Source of the DNA: Desulfomonilia bacterium
Lineage (GTDB): Bacteria > Desulfobacterota > Desulfomonilia > UBA1062
DNA: 64,000 nucleotides
NCBI GenBank assembly: GCA_050014195.1
Contig: JBEKDT010000010.1
Span: 1 to 64,000, forward strand
Direction: 5' to 3'
Position 1 is the stretch's first letter; each line of letters opens with the position of its first letter. Below are positions 18,829 through 29,303 of this stretch, in pieces. Both the position numbers and the translations under genes were made by a program. Below the pieces are notes generated by a model. That model was not told where the DNA came from, made no database searches, and worked only from the letters and a program-made list of their open reading frames with translations.

Positions 18829-18856
18829 TTTTCGGGAAATATCATTAGAAACTATA
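18829..18856 (-). promoter_or_regulatory. Sigma-28-like promoter candidate (TATAG-N15-CCCGAAAA)
   Basis: Same spacing as the motifs upstream of the che, fimT and pilY1 genes; weaker match. Confidence 0.35.
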
Positions 18857-18932
18857 ATCTAATTTGTAACACGACCACGATAGTGGTTTATGTTTTTTTA
18901 TTTAACATGCAGGTTACTAAGTGATGTCTTTT

Positions 18933-19136
18933 TCACATATGCAATCTCAGCTCTATAATATATGAATCACCCCCTGTCATATACTTCTCTATCTTGATGC
19001 CTACATCATGCATTGTAAGACCAGATGCTGAGACCGTCTTATCGATGTCCTTAATGCATTTGCTAAGCAATTTAAATATCTCTATCTTTGTACGGTCAAC
19101 ATTAAGATTGTTGGCCTGTAGTTTTGTCAGATCCAT
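18933..19136 (-). CDS. Small hypothetical protein (67 aa)
   Basis: ATG start with GAAGGGG RBS, protein-like composition in an otherwise empty gap. Confidence 0.5.
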   Translation of the reverse strand: MDLTKLQANNLNVDRTKIEIFKLLSKCIKDIDKTVSASGLTMHDVGIKIEKYMTGGDSYIIELRLHM

Positions 19137-19317
19137 GGTATTTACCCCTTCTATCCATCAACAGGCGCCATCTCATGTAGTGTCGGCATTTGTATAAATC
19201 AATGGCAGGACAGACTATATCTATCTATTAACAACAATACCCACACCCATGATGTTAAAAATCAGCATGTATTGATGCAGGCAGTATTCTGTGGTAGTGT
19301 TACTAAGGGAGAAATTC

Positions 19318-19542
19318 ATGAAATGCACGTACATGGATGAGCAATGCTACGAGTTTCATGAGAAAGACATGGCTGAAAAGTGTTTTTTGTGCAACCAGAA
19401 TTCTCAGAAGCTCTTTATTGTCCGGCAGATCGCCAGCATGAAAATGGTACATATGTGCGGAGAATGCATGGTGTGCAACGTCGAAGAATACTTGCTTGAC
19501 AATACCAGGCCGTGGGAAGGCATCAAGGGAAGGAGCTATTAG
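19318..19542 (+). CDS. Small Cys-rich putative metal-binding protein
   Basis: RBS AAGGGAG; CFLC and CGECMVC motifs. Confidence 0.6.
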   Translation: MKCTYMDEQCYEFHEKDMAEKCFLCNQNSQKLFIVRQIASMKMVHMCGECMVCNVEEYLLDNTRPWEGIKGRSY

Positions 19543-19545
19543 ACG

Positions 19546-20658
19546 TTAAAGCTCGTAAAGCTTTGAAAAAATTAAGGTAAAAGTAGTACCGACACCTTCT
19601 TGAGAGGTCACAATCACTTTACCGTTGTGGGCGTCCATGATCTTCTTGACAAAGGTCAGCCCTAAGCCTGATCCCTTCTGACGCTCCTCTTTGCCTTTTA
19701 CCCTGAAGAAGGGCTCAAAGATGAACGGCAGCTTGTCCTGGGGAATACCTATTCCCGTGTCCGAGATATTCACATATACGTAGTAATCATCATGATTCAT
19801 GTTCACGGTGATCTTCCCACCAGGAGGCGTATATTTCGTGGCATTGCCAATGATGTTGGTAAATACCCGTAGAAGGCTCTCCTGATCGCCCATGGTCTTT
19901 GACATACAGTCATTCATACATGCCTCAATGGCAATCTCTCTCCTCTGGCAGAGCGGAGTGAGTTCCTCAATACTCCGCTCTACGATCGGTGTGAGGGTAA
20001 GGGGAGCCTTGGCCTCGGAAAATGAGCCGTCCTCGATCCTGGCAAGATCAAGCCAGTGCTCCACAAGGTCATGAAGCCCTTGGAGCCTTTTCTCACAGCG
20101 ATCAAGAATATCTTTTACGTTAGAGGCAAGACTCTCGTCGGCAATCACCTTCAGCGTCTCGAAATATTGCATGATAGTGACCAGTGGGGAACGCATCTCA
20201 TGACTTACAAACGTAATGAAGCTTCTCTCCATGCGCTCTTTTTCTTCCCTGAGCCGGTCTGCCTCGATCCTCAGAAATCTGTGTTCGAGGCCCCTCTTGG
20301 TCACCGCCCTTATTTGATCGGGCGTGAAGGGTTTAGGCAGGTAGTCATATGCCCCCTTTTTCATGGCCTCTACTGCGGAGACGATGGACGCATACCCGGT
20401 GATCACGATCAGCACAATATCGGACATTTCTTTGGACAGCAGTTCGATGATGTCCATGCCCGAGCAGCTTGGCATTTTGAGATCAATAAAGGCCAAGTCG
20501 GGCTTTTCAGCCCTTGCCAGCCTTATGCCGTCCGGTCCGTCGGATGTGGATATCACATGATAGCCCGATTTCTCCAGAGCCTGCCTGCACCCATCGAGGA
20601 TCGACTCTTCATCGTCGATGATGAGAATCCGGGCTGAATACTCAGCCTTGTCATCCAT
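19546..20658 (-). CDS. Hybrid receiver-histidine kinase
   Basis: REC (IIDDE, FIDLKMP, KPF) plus H-box SHEMRSP, NATKY, DTGIG, GSGLGL. Confidence 0.92.
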   Translation of the reverse strand: MDDKAEYSARILIIDDEESILDGCRQALEKSGYHVISTSDGPDGIRLARAEKPDLAFIDLKMPSCSGMDIIELLSKEMSDIVLIVITGYASIVSAVEAMKKGAYDYLPKPFTPDQIRAVTKRGLEHRFLRIEADRLREEKERMERSFITFVSHEMRSPLVTIMQYFETLKVIADESLASNVKDILDRCEKRLQGLHDLVEHWLDLARIEDGSFSEAKAPLTLTPIVERSIEELTPLCQRREIAIEACMNDCMSKTMGDQESLLRVFTNIIGNATKYTPPGGKITVNMNHDDYYVYVNISDTGIGIPQDKLPFIFEPFFRVKGKEERQKGSGLGLTFVKKIMDAHNGKVIVTSQEGVGTTFTLIFSKLYEL

Positions 20659-20664
20659 CTCGAA

Positions 20665-21051
20665 CTACCTGAGGAGCTGCCCTACATGCTTTAAGAGATC
20701 ATCCGCCTTTATTGGCTTATGGAGCACGAGATCCACGGTGGGGAGCTCGTCCGGCGGTTCGAATGACTGGTAGGGCCCCTGCAGATCAACGGCGCTGAGC
20801 ATGATAAGGGGGATCTTCTTGCCGGTATCAGAGGTCCTCAGCTTCGATACTACATTGAAGCCCTCGCTCCAGGTCTCCATCATCATGTCGATGATGGCAA
20901 TGTCGGGATACACTGATTTAGCCACATCCACACCGGCCTTGCCGTCCTCAGCCAGAAATACCTCATATCCGCCTTTTTCGAGGATGAGTTTTGTGGCAAG
21001 CAAAAAGTCCTTGTCGTCGTCGATCAAGAGTACCTTTTTCTTTGAGTCCAT
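20665..21051 (-). CDS. Single-domain response regulator
   Basis: LLIDDD, IIDMMM, MLSA, HKP. Confidence 0.9.
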   Translation of the reverse strand: MDSKKKVLLIDDDKDFLLATKLILEKGGYEVFLAEDGKAGVDVAKSVYPDIAIIDMMMETWSEGFNVVSKLRTSDTGKKIPLIMLSAVDLQGPYQSFEPPDELPTVDLVLHKPIKADDLLKHVGQLLR

Positions 21052-21085
21052 AGCCTCCACCTCCTTCAAGGATCTTTTCTAAAAG

Positions 21086-21101
21086 AGCAAGGAGAGTGCC
21101 A
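21086..21101 (-). promoter_or_regulatory. Sigma-54 promoter TGGCAC-TCTCC-TTGCT
   Basis: Exact -24/-12 consensus 35 bp upstream of the response regulator start. Confidence 0.8.
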
Positions 21102-21163
21102 TGTTTCATCCCATTGAAATTACGTCAACAAATAAATAGCAGGATATATATGATCCCAGGTGC

Positions 21164-21201
21164 AGGGGCAAAACTCCCCAAGGGTGAGGAGGATGTCCCC
21201 C
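21164..21201. promoter_or_regulatory. Tandem enhancer boxes GGGG-N7-CCCC and GAGG-N7-CCCC (21-bp period)
   Basis: Boxes at 21165-21179 and 21186-21200; matched by 29142-29177. Confidence 0.68.
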
Positions 21202-21208
21202 GAAAGAC

Positions 21209-22562
<1,354 letters not shown>

Positions 22563-22570
<8 letters not shown>

Positions 22571-24551
22571 TGTTGCATTCCTCCTGTCCGGATTCTCTCA
22601 TATCTCCCTTGTTGTGGGGAGGAAGCGTAATGATAAATGTGGTCCCCTTGCCGGGCTCACTCTCCACATCGATGAAGCCGCCATGCTTCTGGATGATGCC
22701 GTACGTAATGGATAATCCAAGCCCTGTTCCCTGGCCTGGTTCCTTAGTCGTAAAGAAGGGCTCGAAGATATGGGGTAGGTAGGACTTATCGATACCCTTT
22801 CCCGTGTCTGTAATATAGATCTTCACCATGCCGGTGCTGGAGATCCTGCTTGAAATCTTTATTTTTCCTCTTCCTTCCATGGCATCCACTGCATTGATAA
22901 AAAGGTTGAGGAAGACCTCTTCGAGTCTTGATAGATCGCCCATCACCAAAGGGAGGTTATCCATGAGATCGGTTTTAACATCGATGCCTTGGAATATGGA
23001 CTGATCCTTTATCAGATTGAGTGAAGTAAGAATGACCTTATTCACCCTCAGGGGCTCCATGTCCCCGGAAGGTGTCCTGGCAAAATCGAGCAGGTTCTGG
23101 ACGATCTTTTTGCAGCGCTCGGTCTGGTAAATGATCTTTTCCATATTTTTCCGGGAAGCATGGTCAGGGTCCATCTCCTCCAGAACGAGGTTGCTGTAGA
23201 GAAGGATACCGCCCAGGGGGTTGTTGATTTCATGGGCCACACCGGCAGCCATTTGGCCCAGTGAGGCAAGCCGTTCCGTGCTCGTGATTCGCTGGAAGGC
23301 CTTCTGGAGTCGGTCATCACGATCTTTCAGCGATCGGGCCATATTATTGAATGCCTCATCCAACATATCAAAACCTGATGAGCGGCCCGGAGGGAGCTGA
23401 TAGGCAAGGTTGCCTGAAGATATAGCATCAGTGGCCTGCTTCAATATCCTGATCCTTCGGATGATGCTCTGCCCGAGGCGGAATGAGATGAAGAAGGCGA
23501 TTACCATGCCCAAGGCGGTAATGCCCAGGAAGATGAGCATGGCCTTTATCCTCATGTCACGGTATTTTGCCTCCAGGATGCCGGTGTAGAGCATACCAAT
23601 GATGTTGTTGTCGATATCCCAGATAGGGGTATATGAGCTGATATACCAGTCATTTACTACAAAGGCCCTGCCGATCCAGTCCTTCCCCTGGCCGATGACC
23701 CGGTCATAGACTTCCTTTGACACGATTGTCCCGACCGCCCGCTGATTCTTTTTATTCATTACATTGGTGGAGATCCTTACACCACCGAGAAAGATAGTGG
23801 CAAAACCCATGTCACGACCCTTGTAGCGCTCATCCCGGTAAACGGTTTCCTTGATGGTATCCACGATGCTGTAGTCCCTGTTCAAGAGTACCCCGGCAAC
23901 GAGCGCACCGAGCAGGTTTCGATTCTTGTCCATGATAGGGTAGGCCGCCCTGAGCACCATGCCGTTGGTAAGGACCTTTTCCTTTATCTCTATCGACTTC
24001 TCTGTCTTTACAATGGCGACCTTGACTCTATCGGCCAGGTTGGGGTTCTGTGTGACAATGACATCATAGGGCATGATGATGGCTGAGGATTCCGGTTTCT
24101 TCTCCTTGAGGCACGCCCTTACTACGGAATCCCAGAGTATGACATCCCCTTTGGCATTAGGGTTTGCCGCACGGTAGATGACCTTGCCATTGATATCAAC
24201 CAGGGTAAGCATGTCCAGGGCCATATGCCCGGAGGATTGATAAGTCCCGCTTCTGATAAGGACCCTCAGATCCTCCAGCGGTTGGAGATTTCCTGTCAGA
24301 ATAGCCTCATGAATGGGTGAGCGAAGTGCAATAAACTGGAGCTGATATTCGAGCCGCTCGAGGTTGTGCCGGTAGACAAGATTGGCTGTGTTTATATCCT
24401 GCTGGACTTTACGCTGCACTTCATCCAGGGCGGTCTTGTTGATCAACTGGATCCCGACCACCGATGCCACTGCACCCGTGAGGCATGTGGCGATTAAAAA
24501 ACCAATAACCAGGCGGCTCTGTAATTTCATATGAATGATATCATAAAACAA
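22563..24551 (-). CDS. Membrane sensor histidine kinase (Cache + HAMP, NtrB-like)
   Basis: Two TM segments, ATIFLGGVRISTNV Cache pattern, AHEINNP, FEPFFTTK, GTGLGL; start may be 24530. Confidence 0.92.
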
Positions 24552-24685
24552 TACCCTCCATTCTGTTCAAGGGTACACTGATGTAAAAATACTATAACAC
24601 TGTGGGTGGACCTTATCAACGTATCATGCTTAAGGGTCTGGCGGGCATGAAGAATAGGGAAGGGGGGCGTGCCTTTCCAGCACAC

Positions 24686-25087
24686 TTATCCCCCGGCTAT
24701 GAGCTTGTTTACGCGCGAGAGGAGCACGGAGACAGGAACGGGTTTTGATATGTAATCATTCGCAGGGAGATATTCACCGTCAGTCTCGGGAGAGAACTTG
24801 AAGCCCGTCTTCTCGGTAACCGCCGTGACCATGAGTATGGGTATCATGGAGCAGGTCTTATCATTCTTGAGATCTGCGCAGAGATCGAATCCGTCGGTAT
24901 GTTTCTCCATCATGACATCGAGGATTATAAGGTCAGGCGGGTCAGTCTCGACCGATGCCCTTCCGTCATTGATATTAAGAGTGTGCTTTACCGCATATCC
25001 ATTGTTTTCCAAAACTATTTTCAGAGCATCTCCGTAATCCTTGTCATCGTCGATGATGAGGATTTTCTTATTTTTATCTTCTGGCAT
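24686..25087 (-). CDS. Single-domain response regulator
   Basis: ILIIDDD, ILDVMM, MVTA, SKP. Confidence 0.9.
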   Translation of the reverse strand: MPEDKNKKILIIDDDKDYGDALKIVLENNGYAVKHTLNINDGRASVETDPPDLIILDVMMEKHTDGFDLCADLKNDKTCSMIPILMVTAVTEKTGFKFSPETDGEYLPANDYISKPVPVSVLLSRVNKLIAGG

Positions 25088-25105
25088 GGGATACCTCCGA
25101 AGAGA

Positions 25106-26128
25106 TCAATAGATGTGTTCCACAATTGCCTTTGCAACCTCCAGCGTTCCAATGTGGACAGGACAGAAGTCGGAGCACCTGCCGCATCCCACGCAGCCGC
25201 ACAATGCCCCCTGATTGTCGGTTTTATTAAAGTAGAGGAGCTTGTGTTCATGCCTCCTCTTGAGCCTCAAGGCCTGGGTCGATCTTGGGTTAAGGCCGGA
25301 CGCCTCGCGGGTGAAACCGCCAAACAGACAGGTATCCCAGGTTCTTATCCGCTCTCCGGTTTCCAGGGAAACAACCCTGTCGGTGACATTGAAACAGGTG
25401 CAGGAAGGGCATACATAGACACACCCGCCGCAGGCAATGCACTTCCTGCCCAACTCCTCCCAAACGCCTTCATTTGACCAGGCACTGTTCATAAGGTCCA
25501 TGGCCTCCGGTACTTCAGGAACAAGTGGGATAGAGTTGTACGCCATGTGCTTCACGCGGTTTATGCGCTCTTCGGCATCATCAGGCATTAAATCGACGAA
25601 AGGTTTTAATGATATGAGGGTATGGCCGATTTCAGAACCTGCTTCCACAAGGAAGTCGTTGCCTATGTCAAAGAGCTGGATATCGAATCCTTGTTTGGCA
25701 TAAGGCCCGCTATGGGTTGTTGTGCAGAAGCATGTCTCATTCTGGGGCCAGCTGCAGGCATGGACCACGATGATGGTGTTCTCACTGTGAGCACTGAAAT
25801 AATCATCTTCCTGATCTCTCCCATAAAAACTCCTGGACTGAAGTATGCCCATCATATCGCATGCCCTGATACCGAAAAGGAGCACTTTTTCGCTGTGGAG
25901 AACCGGTGTAAACTTGCCTTTATCGACCGTGAAGATAACCTCGCTCTGGGGCAGGAACGAGGATTTAAAGGGCATGGATGGCTTGCGATATTCAAGGGTG
26001 AAGGTGTCCGGATCAAAGGTGTCGAAGACGCAGTCACCTTGTTCCTTGAGGGTTGGGCTCAAGATGGAATATGAGCTTGACCATGAACGCAGGACATCAA
26101 CGACATCTTTCTTTGCGATCAGTTTCAT
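25106..26128 (-). CDS. AsrA/sulfhydrogenase-beta/FlxCD-like 4Fe-4S dicluster protein
   Basis: FGIRACD, TCFC, CIACGGCVYVCPSCTCF, R.WDTC, CVGCGRCSDFCP. Confidence 0.85.
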   Translation of the reverse strand: MKLIAKKDVVDVLRSWSSSYSILSPTLKEQGDCVFDTFDPDTFTLEYRKPSMPFKSSFLPQSEVIFTVDKGKFTPVLHSEKVLLFGIRACDMMGILQSRSFYGRDQEDDYFSAHSENTIIVVHACSWPQNETCFCTTTHSGPYAKQGFDIQLFDIGNDFLVEAGSEIGHTLISLKPFVDLMPDDAEERINRVKHMAYNSIPLVPEVPEAMDLMNSAWSNEGVWEELGRKCIACGGCVYVCPSCTCFNVTDRVVSLETGERIRTWDTCLFGGFTREASGLNPRSTQALRLKRRHEHKLLYFNKTDNQGALCGCVGCGRCSDFCPVHIGTLEVAKAIVEHIY

Positions 26129-28164
26129 GTGCACCTCCTGATCTTGACCGAGCACCCTTTCAGCTCCGGGATCTCGGAAATAGGGTTAAAGGTGGAGTTC
26201 GTAAGATTATTGGCCTGGGACTTCCGGAAGTGGAACGAGGTGAAGAGGACTCGCTTGGGAACACTTGGTGTAATTTCCGCCTTGAGCTGGATGGCGCCGC
26301 GTCGTGATTCCAACTCCACCATGTCGTTGTTTCTTATGCCTAGCTTCTTGGCGTCTTCGGGATTGATCTCAACATGCGCTTCCGGGGACTCACGTTCCAG
26401 GATGTTAATGTGTCTTGTCATGGTGCCGGTATGGTACTGATAATAGCTACGGCCGGTGGTGAGAGTGAAATCATACTCCTCATCGGTCATCTCTGATGCA
26501 GATTTAAACTCGCAGGGCAGGAACGTACCTTTGCCCTTGGTGAACTGGTCTCTGTGAAGGAAGACCGTGCCGGGGTGGTCCTCGTTGGGACAGGGCCACT
26601 GAATCCCGTATCCTTTTGAAAGTCGTTTATAGGTAATTCCTGCATACGATGGTGTAAGCCTGTTGATCTCAGGCATGATGTCTAAAGGTCCTTTGTAATC
26701 CGCCTTCAGGCCGCATCTGAGGAGGAGATCAGCGATGATCTCCCAGTCCGCACGTGCCTGCCCGGGGGGTGATACGGCCTTGCGGGAAAGTTGGACACGG
26801 CGTTCCGTGTTGGTATAAGTGCCTTCCTTTTCTGCAAATGAGGCTGCCGGAAGGATTACATCTGCAAGGGCTGCTGTTTCGGTGAGGAAGATATCCTGGA
26901 CAACGAGGAAATCGAGATTCGAGAGTGAATGCTCGATATGAGCGGTGTCCGGGTCACTCATGAGCGGATTTTCTCCCATGATATACAGGGCCTTCAAGTC
27001 ACCCTTGTGGGCGGCTTCCATCATGCCTGTGATGGTCAACCCAGGATGCGTATCGAGACCTTCCACACCCCATGCCTTCTGAAACTTTTCTACAGTGGCA
27101 GGATCGTTCACCGTTTGATATCCGGAAAACACACCCGGCAGAGCGCCCATGTCACAGGCCCCCTGTGCATTGTTTTGTCCTCTGAGAGGGTTTACACCGT
27201 TTGATTGTCGGCCTACATGTCCGGTGAGCATGGCAAGGTTGGCCAGGGTCTTTACATTGTCAGTGCCGGTTATGTGCTGGGTTATACCCATTGCATAGAC
27301 TATCATGGCCTTGTCGGCCTGGGCGTACATCACTGCTGCACGATAAAGCTCGGATGACCGTATACCCGTGATCTGCTCCACTACCTTCGGGGTATATCTG
27401 CTTACCAGGGACTTCAATGCCTCAAAACCTTCGGTTCTTGTCTCCACGAACTGCTTGTCGTAGAGGTCTTCCTGGATGATGATGTTCATGATGCCGTTAT
27501 ATACCGCCACATCGGTACCGAAGTTCTGCTTCAAATGGAGCTTGGCAAGGGAAGATAGGGGTATCTCCCTGGGCTCGATAAGGATGAGTTTGGTGCCCTT
27601 CTCCTCCACTGCGTTTATCATGCGGGTGCCGATGAGTGGATGCTCTTCCGTGGTATTTGATCCGGTAACCAGGAAGAGGTCTGCATCTTCGAACTCGCCA
27701 ATGGAATTCGTCATGACTCCGGACCCGAATGTTGCGGTCAGACCGGCCACGGTGGCGCTGTGACAAAGCCGGTCGCAGTGATCTACATTGTTTGACTTGA
27801 ACCCTGCCCGCACCATCTTCATGAAGAGATAGTTCTCTTCGTTGCTCACTTTGGCGGAAGAGAGGAAGCCCAATGAATTCGGGCCGAATTTTTCCCTGAT
27901 GCCGGATAGCCTCGAATATACGAGATCCAGAGCCTCTTTCCATGTGCTTTCAACAAGCTCACCTTCTTTCCTGACCAGAGGTGCTGTCAATCTTTCCGGA
28001 GAGTGAATGAATTCATAGGAATTCCATCCCTTGGCGCAGAGCATTCCTCTATTCACAGGATTATTGGGGTTGGGCTCCACACCCATGACTTTTCCTCTTT
28101 CCGTCACGAGATAGAAACCGCATCCACATCCGCAGAAGGGGCATATGGTAGGGATCTTTGCCAT
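26125..28164 (-). CDS. fdhF: Cytoplasmic formate dehydrogenase alpha subunit (Mo/W-bisPGD, Cys ligand)
   Basis: CPFCGCGC...LCAKG, NNVDHCDRLCHS, PLRGQNNAQGACDMG, FAEKEGTYTNTERR; no Tat signal. Confidence 0.9.
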   Translation of the reverse strand: MAKIPTICPFCGCGCGFYLVTERGKVMGVEPNPNNPVNRGMLCAKGWNSYEFIHSPERLTAPLVRKEGELVESTWKEALDLVYSRLSGIREKFGPNSLGFLSSAKVSNEENYLFMKMVRAGFKSNNVDHCDRLCHSATVAGLTATFGSGVMTNSIGEFEDADLFLVTGSNTTEEHPLIGTRMINAVEEKGTKLILIEPREIPLSSLAKLHLKQNFGTDVAVYNGIMNIIIQEDLYDKQFVETRTEGFEALKSLVSRYTPKVVEQITGIRSSELYRAAVMYAQADKAMIVYAMGITQHITGTDNVKTLANLAMLTGHVGRQSNGVNPLRGQNNAQGACDMGALPGVFSGYQTVNDPATVEKFQKAWGVEGLDTHPGLTITGMMEAAHKGDLKALYIMGENPLMSDPDTAHIEHSLSNLDFLVVQDIFLTETAALADVILPAASFAEKEGTYTNTERRVQLSRKAVSPPGQARADWEIIADLLLRCGLKADYKGPLDIMPEINRLTPSYAGITYKRLSKGYGIQWPCPNEDHPGTVFLHRDQFTKGKGTFLPCEFKSASEMTDEEYDFTLTTGRSYYQYHTGTMTRHINILERESPEAHVEINPEDAKKLGIRNNDMVELESRRGAIQLKAEITPSVPKRVLFTSFHFRKSQANNLTNSTFNPISEIPELKGCSVKIRRCT

Positions 28165-28166
28165 GG

Positions 28167-29009
28167 CTATATAGCCTCCTTTATATGCTCGACTTCGGTA
28201 AGATTGAAGATAGGGCCGTCGGTACAGCAGTACTTGTCCCCAATGGAGCAGTGCCCGCATTTGCCTACGCCGCATTTCATCATGCGCTCCAGCGACATGT
28301 AGATATGTTCTTTGGAAAATCCGAGCCTCAGGAGTTTTTCCACAACGAAACGGTACATAATGGAAGGACCGCACAAGACGGCATAGGTGTCTGCAGAAGA
28401 AATGGCCGTATGGTCGAACAGCCCGGTGACCACTCCCACATACTGCTTCCAGATGCCTTCATCGTCCCGGTCGACGCTGTAGAGATACTTGATGTCTTCT
28501 CTGTCGAAAAAGCTCAAGAGCTCGTACTTGAACAATACGTTGTCCGGGCTGTTGGTTCCATACATAAATATGAGATCACCAAATTCGCTTCGCCTGTCCA
28601 GCACATAGAGAAGAAGCGAACGAAGAGGTGCGAGCCCCAAGCCACCTGCAACGAGGAGAAGGTTATGACCTTTCAGTGTTTCTATCGGGAAGCCCCTGCC
28701 GTAGGGACCCCGGATGTGAAGTTTTGAACCCTTGCCCAACTCAAACAATGCGTTCGTAAGTTTTCCTGCTCGGCGCACGCAGATTTCAAGTGTGTCGCAC
28801 CTGGTAGGAGGAGATGAGATACTGATGGGTGCCTCACCTTTGCCGAAGATTGATACTTCAATAAACTGGCCGGGTTGATGCCCGAACTCATCCCATCTGC
28901 AGCCATTATCGAGCTTTAGCTGGAACAGGCGGTGATCTGCTATCTGAGGCAATGCCCTTGCGATCGTTACGGATTGCAGGTCATACATGTTCTGCGATTG
29001 ATCACCCAT
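28167..29009 (-). CDS. AsrB/sulfhydrogenase-gamma/FlxA-like FAD/NAD(P)-binding 2Fe-2S protein
   Basis: PGQF, GEAPISISS, RGPYGRGF, AGGLGLAPLRS, CGP, ERMMKCGVGKCGHC...C.DGP. Confidence 0.88.
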   Translation of the reverse strand: MGDQSQNMYDLQSVTIARALPQIADHRLFQLKLDNGCRWDEFGHQPGQFIEVSIFGKGEAPISISSPPTRCDTLEICVRRAGKLTNALFELGKGSKLHIRGPYGRGFPIETLKGHNLLLVAGGLGLAPLRSLLLYVLDRRSEFGDLIFMYGTNSPDNVLFKYELLSFFDREDIKYLYSVDRDDEGIWKQYVGVVTGLFDHTAISSADTYAVLCGPSIMYRFVVEKLLRLGFSKEHIYMSLERMMKCGVGKCGHCSIGDKYCCTDGPIFNLTEVEHIKEAI

Positions 29010-29062
29010 ATGGACCTCCTCCATGCAATGTTAAGCTGAAAAGATCAGCCGTTATTCTCTAG

Positions 29063-29077
29063 GCAATTTCGATACCA
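29063..29077 (-). promoter_or_regulatory. Sigma-54 promoter TGGTAT-CGAAA-TTGC
   Basis: Correctly spaced GG-N10-GC, 54 bp upstream of the asrB-like start. Confidence 0.75.
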
Positions 29078-29140
29078 TAGGTTTAACAATATAATATTAT
29101 TAACTAAATTAAGTTACCTGCCTACAATAGGCCATGATGG

Positions 29141-29177
29141 TGGGGTATCTTTCCCCAGGGGTGGGGTGATATACCCC
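29141..29177. promoter_or_regulatory. Tandem enhancer boxes TGGGG-N7-CCCC (21-bp period)
   Basis: TGGGGTATCTTTCCCCA and TGGGGTGATATACCCC. Confidence 0.7.
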
Positions 29178-29303
29178 GGGATGGAGTGAACAGTGACTTG
29201 TGAGTGGTGAATAGTGACTACAGACGAGAAAATTACAAAAACAATGATCTGACAACAGAAGGATCTTCTTGCATTCGGATATCACATGAATTAAGTCCTG
29301 CCC

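Noticed and set aside
19180-19207. Fifth sigma-28-like promoter (GCCGACAC) before the 67-aa ORF, and a weak one before comEA
   Set aside because: No -35 element at the spacing shared by the other four sites
26125-28164. Selenocysteine recoding in Fdh
   Set aside because: The ligand codon is TGT and the frame has no internal TGA
25106-29009. Anaerobic sulfite reductase or hydrogenase call
   Set aside because: No AsrC siroheme subunit or NiFe large subunit; the catalytic gene is FdhF-type
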